A stretch of 40,302 bases of DNA from Alphaproteobacteria bacterium (GCA_016869935.1 VGCX01000003.1:1-40302); one strand, 5' to 3'; shown: positions 29,307 to 39,909, counted from the stretch's first letter. Program-made: numbers and translations. Notes: generated from the sequence alone by a model not told the origin.

Positions 29307-31095
29307 CTTTCTGACTCTGCTTAGTCCAAAGATTGTAATAAGATCCTTTTTTCTTCAAAAGATCTGCATGTGTTCCTTTTTCTATAATCTCCCCGTGTTC
29401 AAGAACGATAATTTGATCCGCATCAACAATTGTTGAAAGACGATGAGCAATAACAAGCGTGGTATGATTTTTTGAAATTTTATTCAGGTTTTCTTGTATT
29501 TCTTTTTCTGTGTGGGTGTCCAAAGAAGAGGTTGCTTCATCGAGCAAAAATATTTTTGGATTTTTCAAAAGGGTACGGGCGATTGCAACGCGTTGCTTTT
29601 CCCCGCCTGATAATTTTAATCCTCTTTCTCCAACGATCGTATCATATCCCTGGGGAAGTTTTTTCTTAATGAAGGTACTTAAATTTGCAGCTTGTGCAGA
29701 TCGTTCAACTTCTTCTTTCGAGGCTGTTGGCTTACCGTAAAGGATATTATAGAAAATACTTTCGTTAAATAAAACAACGTCTTGAGGAACAACACCTATG
29801 GTTGCTTGCAAACTTTTTTGGGTCAATTTTTTAATGTTTTTTCCATCCAAAAGAATTTCACCCTCATTAACATCATAAAAACGGTAGAGCAATCTTGCAA
29901 TGGTTGATTTTCCAGAACCACTCGGCCCAACAATTGCAACTTTCTTTCCAGCAGGGACTGTAAAAGAAACATTCTTTAAAATCTGTCGATCTGGATTGTA
30001 GGAAAAAGAAACATTACTGAAAACAATCTCGCCTTCTTGAATAGTGCAAGGACATGCATCTGGAGCATCTTGAATTTCAATAGGCACATCCATCAATCCA
30101 AACAAATTTTCCATTTCAACAAGAGATCTTTTGATTTCACGATAAGCAAACCCTAAAATCATCAGAGGCTGAAATAACTGAATAAGATAAGTATTTAATA
30201 AAACAAAATCCCCCAAAGTTAATTGATGCTGTGTTACCTGATATCCAGAAATAAGCATGGTTACAATAAGCGAAATTGAAATAATAATGCCTTGTCCTGC
30301 ATTTAAAATAGAAAGACCTATTTTATTTTTCACAGCCGCTTCTTCGTAAAATTTTTGCGCTTTGTTGAATCGATCATATTCATGGGTTTCGTTACCAAAA
30401 TACTTAACCGTTTCATAGTTAATAAGACTTTCAATAGAACGGTCATTGCTTTCATTATCAGCCTCGTTCATGTGTCTTAAAAACTTGGCACGCCACTGGG
30501 TGATTTTTAGAGTGTAATAAATATAAAGGACCATAGATAGGGCTATAATCACGCAAAGAAACCAGCCATAAAAATAAAAAACTGTCCCAATGACCAAAAG
30601 AATTTCTAAGGCCGTTGGAATTAAACTAAAGGTTGAAAATCTAAAAAAAGTTTCAATAGCTTTTGTTCCTCGCTCTAAAGCCCGGGTCACGCTTCCTGTT
30701 TGACGATCCAAATGAAATCGAAGACTGAGCGAATGAAGGTGGGAAAAAACTTTTAGAGCTATATGACGAATGGCTTGATGTTCTACGCGTGCAAAAAGGC
30801 TTTCTTTGATTTCCAAAAAACTAACCGATAGTCCCCGTGATAACCCATAGGCAACTAGAAAAAATACAGGAACAGAGAGCGCCTGGAGATGCCCCTCATC
30901 AAAAACATCAACGGCTTTTTTGTAAAAAAATGGAACCCAAACAGCAATAATTTTAGAGAGCAAAACAGCACAGATTGATAAAATAACCCTAGCTTTTATA
31001 GAAAAATTTTTTTCTGGCCAAAGATACGGGAACAAAAAGCTAATAACCTTTGGCTTGGGCGTCTCTGTGTAAGAATGGGTGCCAAGATTTTGCAT
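29275..31095 (-). CDS. Atm1/ABCB7-type ABC exporter (fused TMD and NBD)
   Basis: LSLRFHLDRQTG, SLINYETVKYF, GPSGSGKST, LSGGEKQR and DEATS. Confidence 0.93.
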   Translation of the reverse strand: MQNLGTHSYTETPKPKVISFLFPYLWPEKNFSIKARVILSICAVLLSKIIAVWVPFFYKKAVDVFDEGHLQALSVPVFFLVAYGLSRGLSVSFLEIKESLFARVEHQAIRHIALKVFSHLHSLSLRFHLDRQTGSVTRALERGTKAIETFFRFSTFSLIPTALEILLVIGTVFYFYGWFLCVIIALSMVLYIYYTLKITQWRAKFLRHMNEADNESNDRSIESLINYETVKYFGNETHEYDRFNKAQKFYEEAAVKNKIGLSILNAGQGIIISISLIVTMLISGYQVTQHQLTLGDFVLLNTYLIQLFQPLMILGFAYREIKRSLVEMENLFGLMDVPIEIQDAPDACPCTIQEGEIVFSNVSFSYNPDRQILKNVSFTVPAGKKVAIVGPSGSGKSTIARLLYRFYDVNEGEILLDGKNIKKLTQKSLQATIGVVPQDVVLFNESIFYNILYGKPTASKEEVERSAQAANLSTFIKKKLPQGYDTIVGERGLKLSGGEKQRVAIARTLLKNPKIFLLDEATSSLDTHTEKEIQENLNKISKNHTTLVIAHRLSTIVDADQIIVLEHGEIIEKGTHADLLKKKGSYYNLWTKQSQKDESYQNASSK

Positions 31096-31680
31096 TTATG
31101 AGGTCACTTGCTTTTTAAAGTGTCGATGACAAAGGGAAACATACCGATCATTTCCCCCAATTTCCACTTGAGCCCCAACAGTAACCATAACACCATTACC
31201 ATCAATGCGCGCGTTCATAGTTGCTTTGCGCCCACAATGACAAATCGTTTTAATTTCACAAAGCTCTTCTGCGTGAGATAAAAGATACTTGCTTCCCTCA
31301 AACGGCTCGCCTAAAAAATCTGTTCGAAGGCCGTACGTTAAAACAGGAAGCCCTAAAAAATCTGCAATATCGCTTAGTTGGTGAACATGTTTTTTGGTTA
31401 AAAAATGCGCCTCGTCAACGAGAACACACTTAATACGATGATCCGGTTCCTTTAATTTTTTTTCTACAAAACCATAAAAATCAAAGTCTTTATGAAAGGG
31501 AATTGCTGGAGCTTTAAGGCCGATTCGAGAGACAATATGGTTTTTTTCATACCGATCATCAAAAGAAGGAGTAAAAAGAAGGGTTTCCATTCCCCGTTCA
31601 CGATAATTATATTCTGACTGCAGCAAGGTTGTTGTTTTGCCCGCATTCATTGCAGAATAATAAAAATAAAGCTTTGCCAA
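31096..31680 (-). CDS. tdk: Thymidine kinase
   Basis: YSAMNAGKTT, VDEAHFL, YGLRTDF and zinc ligands CHC...CHRH. TTG start with a GGAG RBS. Confidence 0.96.
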   Translation of the reverse strand: MAKLYFYYSAMNAGKTTTLLQSEYNYRERGMETLLFTPSFDDRYEKNHIVSRIGLKAPAIPFHKDFDFYGFVEKKLKEPDHRIKCVLVDEAHFLTKKHVHQLSDIADFLGLPVLTYGLRTDFLGEPFEGSKYLLSHAEELCEIKTICHCGRKATMNARIDGNGVMVTVGAQVEIGGNDRYVSLCHRHFKKQVTS

Positions 31681-31845
31681 GGCCTATGCTCCTTTGTCTG
31701 TTTCGTTCTTTTTATGTCACAAGGGTATAAAAAAGGCAATCATTAGAAAAAAAATTCCTTACAAATTCTGCATATTTATAGAGGACTTTCTGTACAAGTG
31801 ATGCTATCCTCTTTGTTTCTTAAAATGTAATAAAGAGTTTAAGAG

Positions 31846-32841
31846 ATGAAAGATATTCATGTTACGGTGCTTACGAATGCAATTGTTGATATTCTTGCCC
31901 ATGTTGAAGATAAATTTTTAGAGAATCTTGGTCTTCAAAAAGGGGGGTATAAGATTATTTCTCAAATGGAAATGGAAGATCTTTATGCAAAAATCCCCCC
32001 CGCCACAGAGCAATCTGGAGGGTCTCTTGCAAATACAGCAGCAGTTCTAAGTCTTTTGGGCGCTAAAACTTGTTGCCTTGCAAAGATAACGAATGATGCG
32101 TTTGGGAAAATCTTTATGCATGATATGAAAGCAGGAGGTGTTCTTTTTCCCATTCCCCCAGCAGAGTCTTTAGAGGCAACTGGACGAAGTATTATTTTAA
32201 TCGACGAAAAGGGGGACAGGTGCATGAATACAAACCTCGGATCTTCCGTTAATATTAATCCTGAAGATTTATGCCTTGAAAGTATAAAAAAATCACACAT
32301 ATTATGTGTAGAAGGATATTTTTGGTCTGATGAGAGAACAAAAAAATCGGCCCACAAGGCGATTGAAGTCGCAAAGCAAGCCGAAACTAAAATTGCCTTT
32401 GGGTTATCTGCAGAGTGGTGTGTGAAAACCTTTAGAGAGGAATTTTTGTCGCTCATTGAAGAATCTGTTGATATCCTTTTAGGAAATGAACTGGAATATT
32501 TGGCTTTATTTAACAAATCCTTAGAGGATACAATTCATCATTTGACAAAAATGAATGTGTTGTCTGTAATAACACGAGGATCTGAGGGATCTGTTATTGT
32601 AAAAGGCCAAGAAGTTTTTTATATTCCATCCATTACTCCCAAGAACTTTGTTGATGCAACGGGAGCTGGGGATACGTACGCCAGTGGATTTTTATATGGA
32701 CTAACCCAAGGGTTATCTTTGGAAGAGTCTGCTAAATTTGGAGCGCTTGTCGCTTCAATAACGATTGCTCAAATAGGCGCGCGACCAGAACTATCAACGA
32801 TTAGGAAAACACTTAAAGAAGCAGGTTATGAAATTGAATAG
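31846..32841 (+). CDS. PfkB-family adenosine kinase-like protein
   Basis: NAIVDI, SGGSLANT, VEGYFW, NELE and DATGAGD. Confidence 0.88.
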   Translation: MKDIHVTVLTNAIVDILAHVEDKFLENLGLQKGGYKIISQMEMEDLYAKIPPATEQSGGSLANTAAVLSLLGAKTCCLAKITNDAFGKIFMHDMKAGGVLFPIPPAESLEATGRSIILIDEKGDRCMNTNLGSSVNINPEDLCLESIKKSHILCVEGYFWSDERTKKSAHKAIEVAKQAETKIAFGLSAEWCVKTFREEFLSLIEESVDILLGNELEYLALFNKSLEDTIHHLTKMNVLSVITRGSEGSVIVKGQEVFYIPSITPKNFVDATGAGDTYASGFLYGLTQGLSLEESAKFGALVASITIAQIGARPELSTIRKTLKEAGYEIE

Positions 32842-34648
32842 AGACATTAGAAATTTAGCAATCATTGCGCACGTTGACCATGGAAAAACAACCCTTGTTG
32901 ATGTTTTATTAAGGCAAAGTGGTATTTTTAGAGCCAACGAGCATGTTGCAGAACGTGTTATGGATTCGAATGATTTGGAAAAAGAGCGGGGCATTACGAT
33001 TCTCTCTAAGTGTACATCCATTGACTGGGGCCAGTATCATTTTAATATTGTGGATACTCCTGGACACGCAGATTTCGGTGGGGAAGTTGAGCGAATTCTT
33101 GGGATGGTTGATGGGGTTGTTCTTTTGGTTGATGCCTCTGAAGGACCTATGCCACAAACGAAATTCGTTTTGACAAAAGCCTTAGAACAAGGACTCAATC
33201 CTGTTGTTGTGATCAACAAAGTTGATAAACCCGATGCAAGACCTGATGAGGTTTTAAACGAAGTATTTGATCTGTTTGTTGCCCTTAAAGCGTCCGATGA
33301 ACAATTAGATTTCCCAACAATTTATTCTTCTTCTAAAGAAGGGTGGGCTGTTCATGATTTAGGGGATGAAAGAAAAAACATGGATCCTTTGTGTGAAGCA
33401 ATTGTTAAAAGAATTAGTGCTCCCAAAGTTGATCCAACCAAACCTTTTTCCATGCTTGGTACAACCTTAGATTATGATAACTTTGTAGGAAGAACGCTTA
33501 CAGGTCTTATTGTAACAGGTACAGTAAAGGTAAACGATTCTGTAAAAGTTCTAACCCCTGAGGGAACCCTTAGAGAAACAGGAAAAATATCAAAACTCTT
33601 TGCTTTTAAGGGCATTCAACGTGTTTCGATTGATACGGCAACAGCAGGGGACATTGTTATGATTGCAGGATTGCCAAACGCAACAGTTGCCGATACTATT
33701 TGTGCGACCGACGTTCAGCATCCTTTGAAATCTGTCCCGATTGATCCTCCAACAATTGCGATGACTTTTTCCGTTAACGACTCACCTCTTGCAGGGCGTG
33801 AAGGGGAAAAATTAACCTCTAGAATGATCAGAGAAAGACTCTTCCATGAAGGTGAAATCAATGTGTCTATTTCTGTAAAAGAAACGGAAAATAAAGATGC
33901 CTTTGAAGTTTCAGGAAGAGGAGAGCTTCAACTCGGTATTCTTATTGAAAATATGCGTCGTGAAGGATTTGAACTTTCCATCAGCCGCCCTCGGGTCCTT
34001 TTTCAAAAAGATAGCTCTGGGAAGCTTCTAGAACCTATCGAAGAACTTATGGTAGATGTTGATGAACCTTATGTTGGAATTGTGATTGAAAAAATTGGCC
34101 TTCGCAAAGGTGAAATGCTTGATATGCATAACATTGATGGGAACAAAGTGCGCGTAAAATTTTTAGTCCCTGCGCGGGGGTTAATTGGATATCGAAATGA
34201 ATTTTTAACGGATACGCGTGGCACAGGGATCATGAACAAATCCTTTCATGGATACGCCCCCTTTAAAGGGGATATCACAGGACGCCATAACGGTGTATTG
34301 ATTTCTCTGGAGCAAGGAGAAGCTGTTGCTTACGCTTTATGGTACATAGAAGAGCGCGGCGTTCTTTTCGTATCACCAGGTGAAATGTTATACCAAGGGA
34401 TGATTATAGGGGAAAACTCTCGGCCTCAGGATTTAGAAGTGAATGCTTTGAAAGAGAAAAAACTTTCAAACGTCCGTGCCTCAGGTAAAGATGATGCTAT
34501 TCGGTTAACGCCCCCTCGGCAATTCACTTTAGAGCAGGCTTTATCTTATATTAATGATGAGGAACTTGTGGAAGTAACGCCTAAGAATATACGGTTACGA
34601 AAAGTTTATTTAGATTCTAATGATCGCAAACGGTTTAAAAAATCATAA
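32828..34648 (+). CDS. typA: Translational GTPase TypA/BipA
   Basis: AHVDHGKTT, DTPGHADFGGEVER, GRGELQL and IENMRREG. Confidence 0.98.
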   Translation: MKLNRDIRNLAIIAHVDHGKTTLVDVLLRQSGIFRANEHVAERVMDSNDLEKERGITILSKCTSIDWGQYHFNIVDTPGHADFGGEVERILGMVDGVVLLVDASEGPMPQTKFVLTKALEQGLNPVVVINKVDKPDARPDEVLNEVFDLFVALKASDEQLDFPTIYSSSKEGWAVHDLGDERKNMDPLCEAIVKRISAPKVDPTKPFSMLGTTLDYDNFVGRTLTGLIVTGTVKVNDSVKVLTPEGTLRETGKISKLFAFKGIQRVSIDTATAGDIVMIAGLPNATVADTICATDVQHPLKSVPIDPPTIAMTFSVNDSPLAGREGEKLTSRMIRERLFHEGEINVSISVKETENKDAFEVSGRGELQLGILIENMRREGFELSISRPRVLFQKDSSGKLLEPIEELMVDVDEPYVGIVIEKIGLRKGEMLDMHNIDGNKVRVKFLVPARGLIGYRNEFLTDTRGTGIMNKSFHGYAPFKGDITGRHNGVLISLEQGEAVAYALWYIEERGVLFVSPGEMLYQGMIIGENSRPQDLEVNALKEKKLSNVRASGKDDAIRLTPPRQFTLEQALSYINDEELVEVTPKNIRLRKVYLDSNDRKRFKKS

Positions 34649-34656
34649 CGTATAGA

Positions 34657-35934
34657 ATGCCCCTTTGGTTACAAGACATAAAAAGAACATATTTTAGCCC
34701 TCGTATTTTAGGGATTGGTTTTTTTGCCTTTCCCTACGGCATGATGTTCTTTTTGGCTGTATCAACACCCCAAGTCTGGCTTAAAGATATTGGGGCTACC
34801 AATACAGACATTGGTCTCTTTGCAATTGCCAGTTTTCCCTACATGCTCAAATTCCTTTGGGCACCGATGGTTGATCTGATTAAAATTCCCTATCTTTCAA
34901 AACGCCTTGGCCACCGTCGTAGTTGGCTATTAGTTATTCATATCTCGTTAATGATTGGTCTTTTATTAATGGGATTTTCAAACCCTACCCCTTGCCATTT
35001 AAGATGGACGGCCATTGTTGCCCTATCGTTGGCTTGTTTAGCAGCAACCCAAGATATTATTGTGGATGCTTACCGTATTGAAATTCTAAGCACCAAAGAA
35101 TCCGTTCCAGGAATCGGGATGTTGATTTTTGGATATCGTTTAGGATCCATTACAGCAAAAGCTGGGACTCTTTATCTTGCCCATTATTTTTCATGGCCCC
35201 TTGCTTATAGCGTCATGGCTCTTTTAATCATTGTTGGTATTATTGCCGTTTTCTTCAATCCAGAACCCGAAGAACGCCCAAAGCCAGAGCGCATTATTTA
35301 TCACACAGTCGTCAGACCCTTTACGGAATTTGTAACCCGCTCCCCCCTTTGGTGTATTCCCGTCCTATTCATTCTTCTTTATCGTTTAGCAGATGCTATG
35401 ATCAACAATATGGCAAATTCTTTTTATATAGAAATTGGATTTACAAAAGCAGAAATTGCAACGGTTACCAACGTTTTCGGTGTCTTTGCAAGTGTTGTTG
35501 GGGGATTTTTAGGGGCAGCGCTTGTTCGCCGACTAGATGTCTTTAGGGGTGTTTTAGTCTGTGGCATCCTCCACACAGTTTCCAACTGTATGTTTATAGT
35601 TTTAGCTTATACAGGAAATGATATTACGATACTTTATACAGCAATTGCCGTTGAAAATATTACAGGCGGAATGAGTACTGCTGCCTTTTTTGTTTACCTT
35701 ACAAGGCTCTGTCATATGTCTCATGCAGTGACTCAATTTGCCCTTTTCACCTCTATTTGGTCTGCCCAGTCCTTTATTGCAAGTATTAGTGGATGGATTG
35801 TCGATCAGTTAAAGGGGGATTGGCCTTTATTCTTTTTAATCACTATTGGTGTTGCTTTGCCGGGAATGGTTTTAATTCCCTTTTTAAAGAAATTTCCTTT
35901 TGGAAATCGGGGAGAATTAGAGTCTGTTGGATAG
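34657..35934 (+). CDS. ampG: AmpG-family muropeptide MFS permease
   Basis: KFLWAP, GHRRSW, ATQDIIVDAYRIE and TQFAL. Confidence 0.92.
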   Translation: MPLWLQDIKRTYFSPRILGIGFFAFPYGMMFFLAVSTPQVWLKDIGATNTDIGLFAIASFPYMLKFLWAPMVDLIKIPYLSKRLGHRRSWLLVIHISLMIGLLLMGFSNPTPCHLRWTAIVALSLACLAATQDIIVDAYRIEILSTKESVPGIGMLIFGYRLGSITAKAGTLYLAHYFSWPLAYSVMALLIIVGIIAVFFNPEPEERPKPERIIYHTVVRPFTEFVTRSPLWCIPVLFILLYRLADAMINNMANSFYIEIGFTKAEIATVTNVFGVFASVVGGFLGAALVRRLDVFRGVLVCGILHTVSNCMFIVLAYTGNDITILYTAIAVENITGGMSTAAFFVYLTRLCHMSHAVTQFALFTSIWSAQSFIASISGWIVDQLKGDWPLFFLITIGVALPGMVLIPFLKKFPFGNRGELESVG

Positions 35935-35989
35935 AAAATTTTTTCTAGATGTTTTTTCATTTTAATTGGCAAAAAACTTTCAAGAAGGG

Positions 35990-36017
35990 TTGACTGTAAA
36001 AATTTGAAAACTATATT
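35990..36017 (+). promoter_or_regulatory. Putative sigma70 promoter of the ankyrin gene
   Basis: TTGACT-16 nt-TATATT upstream of the GTG at 36054. Confidence 0.4.
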
Positions 36018-36053
36018 TAAGATAGTTTCTATTTTTAATGGGATAACAAAACT

Positions 36054-36872
36054 GTGCGTTACTTATATTTGATACTTATAATTATCACTAATGCATCTTG
36101 CTCTCATGTCAAACAATCTGACAAGGCACTTTTAAAGCATTTACAGAATTTTAATCCTGAGGGTATTAAAAAAGAACTATCTAGAGACATTCATCCAGGG
36201 CAAGAAGGTGAATTTTTTCTAACATTTTCTTTTTTTGAGGCTTGCAGCAATGGTGATCTTAATCGCGTAAAAGAGCTTCTAGAGGCTGGATCAAATATTC
36301 ACTCTGTTACAGCACTAGGAAAAACGGCCCTTCATTTAGCCTGCGAATCAAAAAGATCTTCCACAGAGCTTGTCAAATTTTTAATTAATCATGGATTAGA
36401 TATTAACGGAAACTTTAAAACACATTTAAAAATAGAAAAATTTTGCTGGAGCCCTCTCATGATTGCATGCGTACATAGAAATGTAGATATTGCTAGGGTC
36501 TTAATAGAAAAAGGCGCAATGATCGACGAAAAAGATGCTGGAGGAGATACACCTCTATTGAAAGCAAGCTTCTATGGATCCGTTAAAATTGTAGAGGAGC
36601 TCTTAAAAAATGGTGCTAACATTAAAGCAATCAATAACGAAGGGAATACAGCCTTACACGAAGCCTTTTTGGGATATATGACTAAAAACACCCTTTTCTC
36701 TTCATCTAAAGATTCTTATACCGAAGAAGACTTTGAAGAAATTATGAATCTTTTAAACCATTATGGTATTGATTTCTATGCACGAAACAATCAAGGGAAA
36801 ACAATTCAAGATCTAATACAAGATTTCAAAACTAACGTCGCCCAAACAGGCGCTCTAAATCCTGCAATTTAA
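36054..36872 (+). CDS. Ankyrin-repeat protein with signal/lipoprotein-like N-terminus
   Basis: Repeats GKTALHLAC, WSPLMIAC, GDTPLLKAS and GNTALHEA; N-terminus MRYLYLILIIITNASC. Confidence 0.9.
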   Translation: MRYLYLILIIITNASCSHVKQSDKALLKHLQNFNPEGIKKELSRDIHPGQEGEFFLTFSFFEACSNGDLNRVKELLEAGSNIHSVTALGKTALHLACESKRSSTELVKFLINHGLDINGNFKTHLKIEKFCWSPLMIACVHRNVDIARVLIEKGAMIDEKDAGGDTPLLKASFYGSVKIVEELLKNGANIKAINNEGNTALHEAFLGYMTKNTLFSSSKDSYTEEDFEEIMNLLNHYGIDFYARNNQGKTIQDLIQDFKTNVAQTGALNPAI

Positions 36873-38619
36873 GTTCCACATAGGTTGGGCGACCATGGTT
36901 ACATTGACCCGAACTGTTCACCTTTTCCATTTGACGTAGCAAATCATTCATTTCTTGGATCGTCATTTTTCGACCAGAACGGATACTTCCATGGCACGCC
37001 ATCGTTGAACACACTTCTTCTATTTTTTCCTTTAACGAAAAAGCATTTCCCCATTCTTCAATTTCTTGCGCAAGGTCTTTAAGGAGCGTTTCCGCTGACA
37101 CATTCTTTAAAAGCAGGGGTACCTCTCGAACTAAAATCGCATCATTCCCAAAGGCTTCGATAACAAGGCCAAAATCTTCAAATTCTTCAGCGCGACTTAA
37201 AAGGGCCGCACGATCTTTCTCAGCCATCGTTACAACTTCGGGTATGAGTAGCAACTGACGGGGAATACCGTTGTTTAAATTTTCTTTAAGCTTTTCATAA
37301 ACCAATCGTTCATGGGCTGCATGTTGATCGATCACCACAATACCATCTTCTGTTTGAGAAACGATAAAAGTCTCATGAATCTGGGCACAAGCTGCCCCTA
37401 AGGGGTATGAAAATTTTTCAATGGTAAAAGAGATTGGCTCTGATTTAACCACTGGTTTTAAATCAAGACCTGGTAATGTCTGTTGGGTATAGGAAGGCCT
37501 AGATTGATTGGGTTGAAACAATGGTTTTCTAGCAACGCTTGGATAGGTTACTGCTTGCGCCATAACGGGGTGAAATGCTTCAACCGTTTCTTGGGTTAAA
37601 GCCGTTGATGACCGATGGCCCATCGTTGACAGGGCTTGACGTAAAGCACTGACCAAAAGACCACGGACAAGGCTACTATCTTGAAAGCGCACTTCTATCT
37701 TTGATGGGTGAACATTCATATCAACAACAAGAGGAGGCATCGTCAAAAAAAGACATAAAAGAGGATGACGGTCTCTGGCAAGATAATCTTGATAGGCTGC
37801 ACGCACAGCACCTGTCAAAACCTTGTCTTTAACAGGACGCCCATTAACAAACAAAAATTGCATCTGGGCATTCGCCCGATTAAGAGTTGGAAGACCGATA
37901 AATCCCCGAACAGTAATCCCCCCTTTTTCTAAAAACACGGGAAGGGAATTATCTTTAAATTCTTTTCCAAGAATAGACTGAAGACGATCGAGTTGGCCTG
38001 ACTCATCACTTGAACAAGGCGGCAAATCTAGTACCGTTCGATTTTCCGTTTTTAAAGAGAATCCAATCTGAGGATAAGCCATGGCAAGACGTTGCAGTGC
38101 GTCTTCACTATGCTGCACTTCTGTTGCCGCCATTTTTAAAAACTTTAAACGAGCAGGGGTTGCATAAAACAAATCTCGAACCTCTACCTGCGTTCCAGAT
38201 CTATAGGGGGCTGGCTCTAAAGACCCAACAGCACCCCCTTCTATTTTTAATGCCCATGCTTCTTTTGAGTCTTTTACGCCACTTGTAAGCATAAGACGGC
38301 TAATGGACGCGATTGAAGGAAGGGCTTCTCCGCGGAAACCAAGGGTATGAATATTAAAAAGATTATCGTCATTGAGTTTAGAGGTTGCATGACGTTCAAC
38401 GGAAAGAATCATATCGTCAGGAACCATCCCACACCCATTATCCTTAACGCAGATAAAGCTTTTCCCCCCGTCCCTGACAATTACATCAATTTGTGTCGCT
38501 CCAGCATCGATGGCATTTTCAACCATTTCCTTAACAACAGAAGCTGGTCTTTCAACAACTTCTCCTGCTGCAATTTGATTCACAAGATGAGAAGGAAGAC
38601 GACGAATCTTTAAAGACAT
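36832..38619 (-). CDS. mutL: DNA mismatch repair endonuclease MutL
   Basis: IAAGEVVERP, GFRGEAL, DQHAAHER, ACH and CNHGRP. Confidence 0.98.
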   Translation of the reverse strand: MSLKIRRLPSHLVNQIAAGEVVERPASVVKEMVENAIDAGATQIDVIVRDGGKSFICVKDNGCGMVPDDMILSVERHATSKLNDDNLFNIHTLGFRGEALPSIASISRLMLTSGVKDSKEAWALKIEGGAVGSLEPAPYRSGTQVEVRDLFYATPARLKFLKMAATEVQHSEDALQRLAMAYPQIGFSLKTENRTVLDLPPCSSDESGQLDRLQSILGKEFKDNSLPVFLEKGGITVRGFIGLPTLNRANAQMQFLFVNGRPVKDKVLTGAVRAAYQDYLARDRHPLLCLFLTMPPLVVDMNVHPSKIEVRFQDSSLVRGLLVSALRQALSTMGHRSSTALTQETVEAFHPVMAQAVTYPSVARKPLFQPNQSRPSYTQQTLPGLDLKPVVKSEPISFTIEKFSYPLGAACAQIHETFIVSQTEDGIVVIDQHAAHERLVYEKLKENLNNGIPRQLLLIPEVVTMAEKDRAALLSRAEEFEDFGLVIEAFGNDAILVREVPLLLKNVSAETLLKDLAQEIEEWGNAFSLKEKIEEVCSTMACHGSIRSGRKMTIQEMNDLLRQMEKVNSSGQCNHGRPTYVELKLQDLERLFGRR

Positions 38620-39909
38620 TTACGCCCCTTCCAACAGATATTTTTTGGCAAGAACTTTTCCCTCTTCAACCGCTGGTTGATTAAAAGGATCAACCCCTAA
38701 AAACTCCGCCATAAAAAGAGTTTCTAAAACAAAGTGCATGGAAAGCGCGCCTAAGGCATAAGGCGTTATTTCAGGAACGTGGATGACACGTGTGGGGCAT
38801 TGGTTTTTAATCAGTGTTTCAATCGTTGCCTTTTGTTCTGCTTCCATTAAGTCTCCAAGAGACTTGTCATAAAGATACTGAAGATCGCTATCATTAATAA
38901 GATGAGATGGGAGATAGGAAAGATTTTTTTGCTTCATATCCGTTGTTAAAATAGTAAAAAATTTATCCCGGGGCCCATCAAGATAAAGTTGTAGCTGGCT
39001 GTGTTGATCAACTGCACCCAGGGCATCAACGGGCGTTGTGCCTTTTCCATTTTTTCCAAGACTTTCTGCCCATAATTGTCGATACCATTTTGAAAAGAAT
39101 TGCAACCGATCCACATAAGGCATCATGACGGAAATTGTTTTTTGATGATCCTTCCAAAAAGCATAGGAAAGACTCGCTCCAACAGAGGGAGCAAATTCTA
39201 AAATATTAGAACACGTTGTCATTTGCTCTATAAGGCTTGCTGCTCCTTGGCGAAAATTAATAGCATCAACACCAACCAAAAGAGCCGGAAAAAGACCCAC
39301 TAAGGAAAAGATCGAAAATCGTCCTCCTAAGTTGGGATCATGTTCAATGAACGACAAATCATAGCGTTCTTTAAACCGATAAAGGGGGGAGCTTTTCTTC
39401 TCTGTTATCACCAAAAAGTGATGAGAAAGAGATTGCTCCGAAAGATGCGTCCGCCAATGATTTATACAGGTTAAAAACTGAAGCAAGGTTTCTGCCGTTG
39501 ATCCGGATTTTGAAATAGCAATAACCCCAGTTGTTTTGGGATCAATTCTTGAGAGCAAATTAGAAAATGTATGAGGATCGATGTTATCCATAAAATGAAG
39601 ACGGGTTGCCGTCATATTTGCAAGCCCTGAAAGAGTTTGTCCACCCAAGCTAGAGCCCCCTGTTCCAAGAAGAATGACATCTGAAAATTCATCTTGAAAT
39701 TTTAAGACTAAAGGGGAAGCTTCCACCAAATCTTTTCTAGAAAATGGCACCATAAAATGAGGGAGAGACCCTTCTTGGTACAATCGTTGAAACTTTAACA
39801 GAGCATCAAGAGCAACAGGGCGAAGATCTTCTAGAACCTCTTGTTTAAGACCATGGGTTTCGCCTAAAAGAGACGCAAAACATCCATCGATTTTATGCTG
39901 GTACGCCAT
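38620..39909 (-). CDS. pgi: Glucose-6-phosphate isomerase (short type)
   Basis: GTGGSSLG, SKSGSTAET, GGRFS, QLWAESLGK, DQHSQLQ and PFNQPAVEEGK. Confidence 0.93.
   Translation of the reverse strand: MAYQHKIDGCFASLLGETHGLKQEVLEDLRPVALDALLKFQRLYQEGSLPHFMVPFSRKDLVEASPLVLKFQDEFSDVILLGTGGSSLGGQTLSGLANMTATRLHFMDNIDPHTFSNLLSRIDPKTTGVIAISKSGSTAETLLQFLTCINHWRTHLSEQSLSHHFLVITEKKSSPLYRFKERYDLSFIEHDPNLGGRFSIFSLVGLFPALLVGVDAINFRQGAASLIEQMTTCSNILEFAPSVGASLSYAFWKDHQKTISVMMPYVDRLQFFSKWYRQLWAESLGKNGKGTTPVDALGAVDQHSQLQLYLDGPRDKFFTILTTDMKQKNLSYLPSHLINDSDLQYLYDKSLGDLMEAEQKATIETLIKNQCPTRVIHVPEITPYALGALSMHFVLETLFMAEFLGVDPFNQPAVEEGKVLAKKYLLEGA

Noticed and set aside
31983-32516. 177-aa minus-strand ORF
   Set aside because: It lies entirely antisense to the adenosine kinase gene and has no motif.
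1665-38613. Many 60-112 aa alternative-frame and antisense ORFs in the track
   Set aside because: All are nested in well-supported housekeeping genes and lack recognisable motifs.
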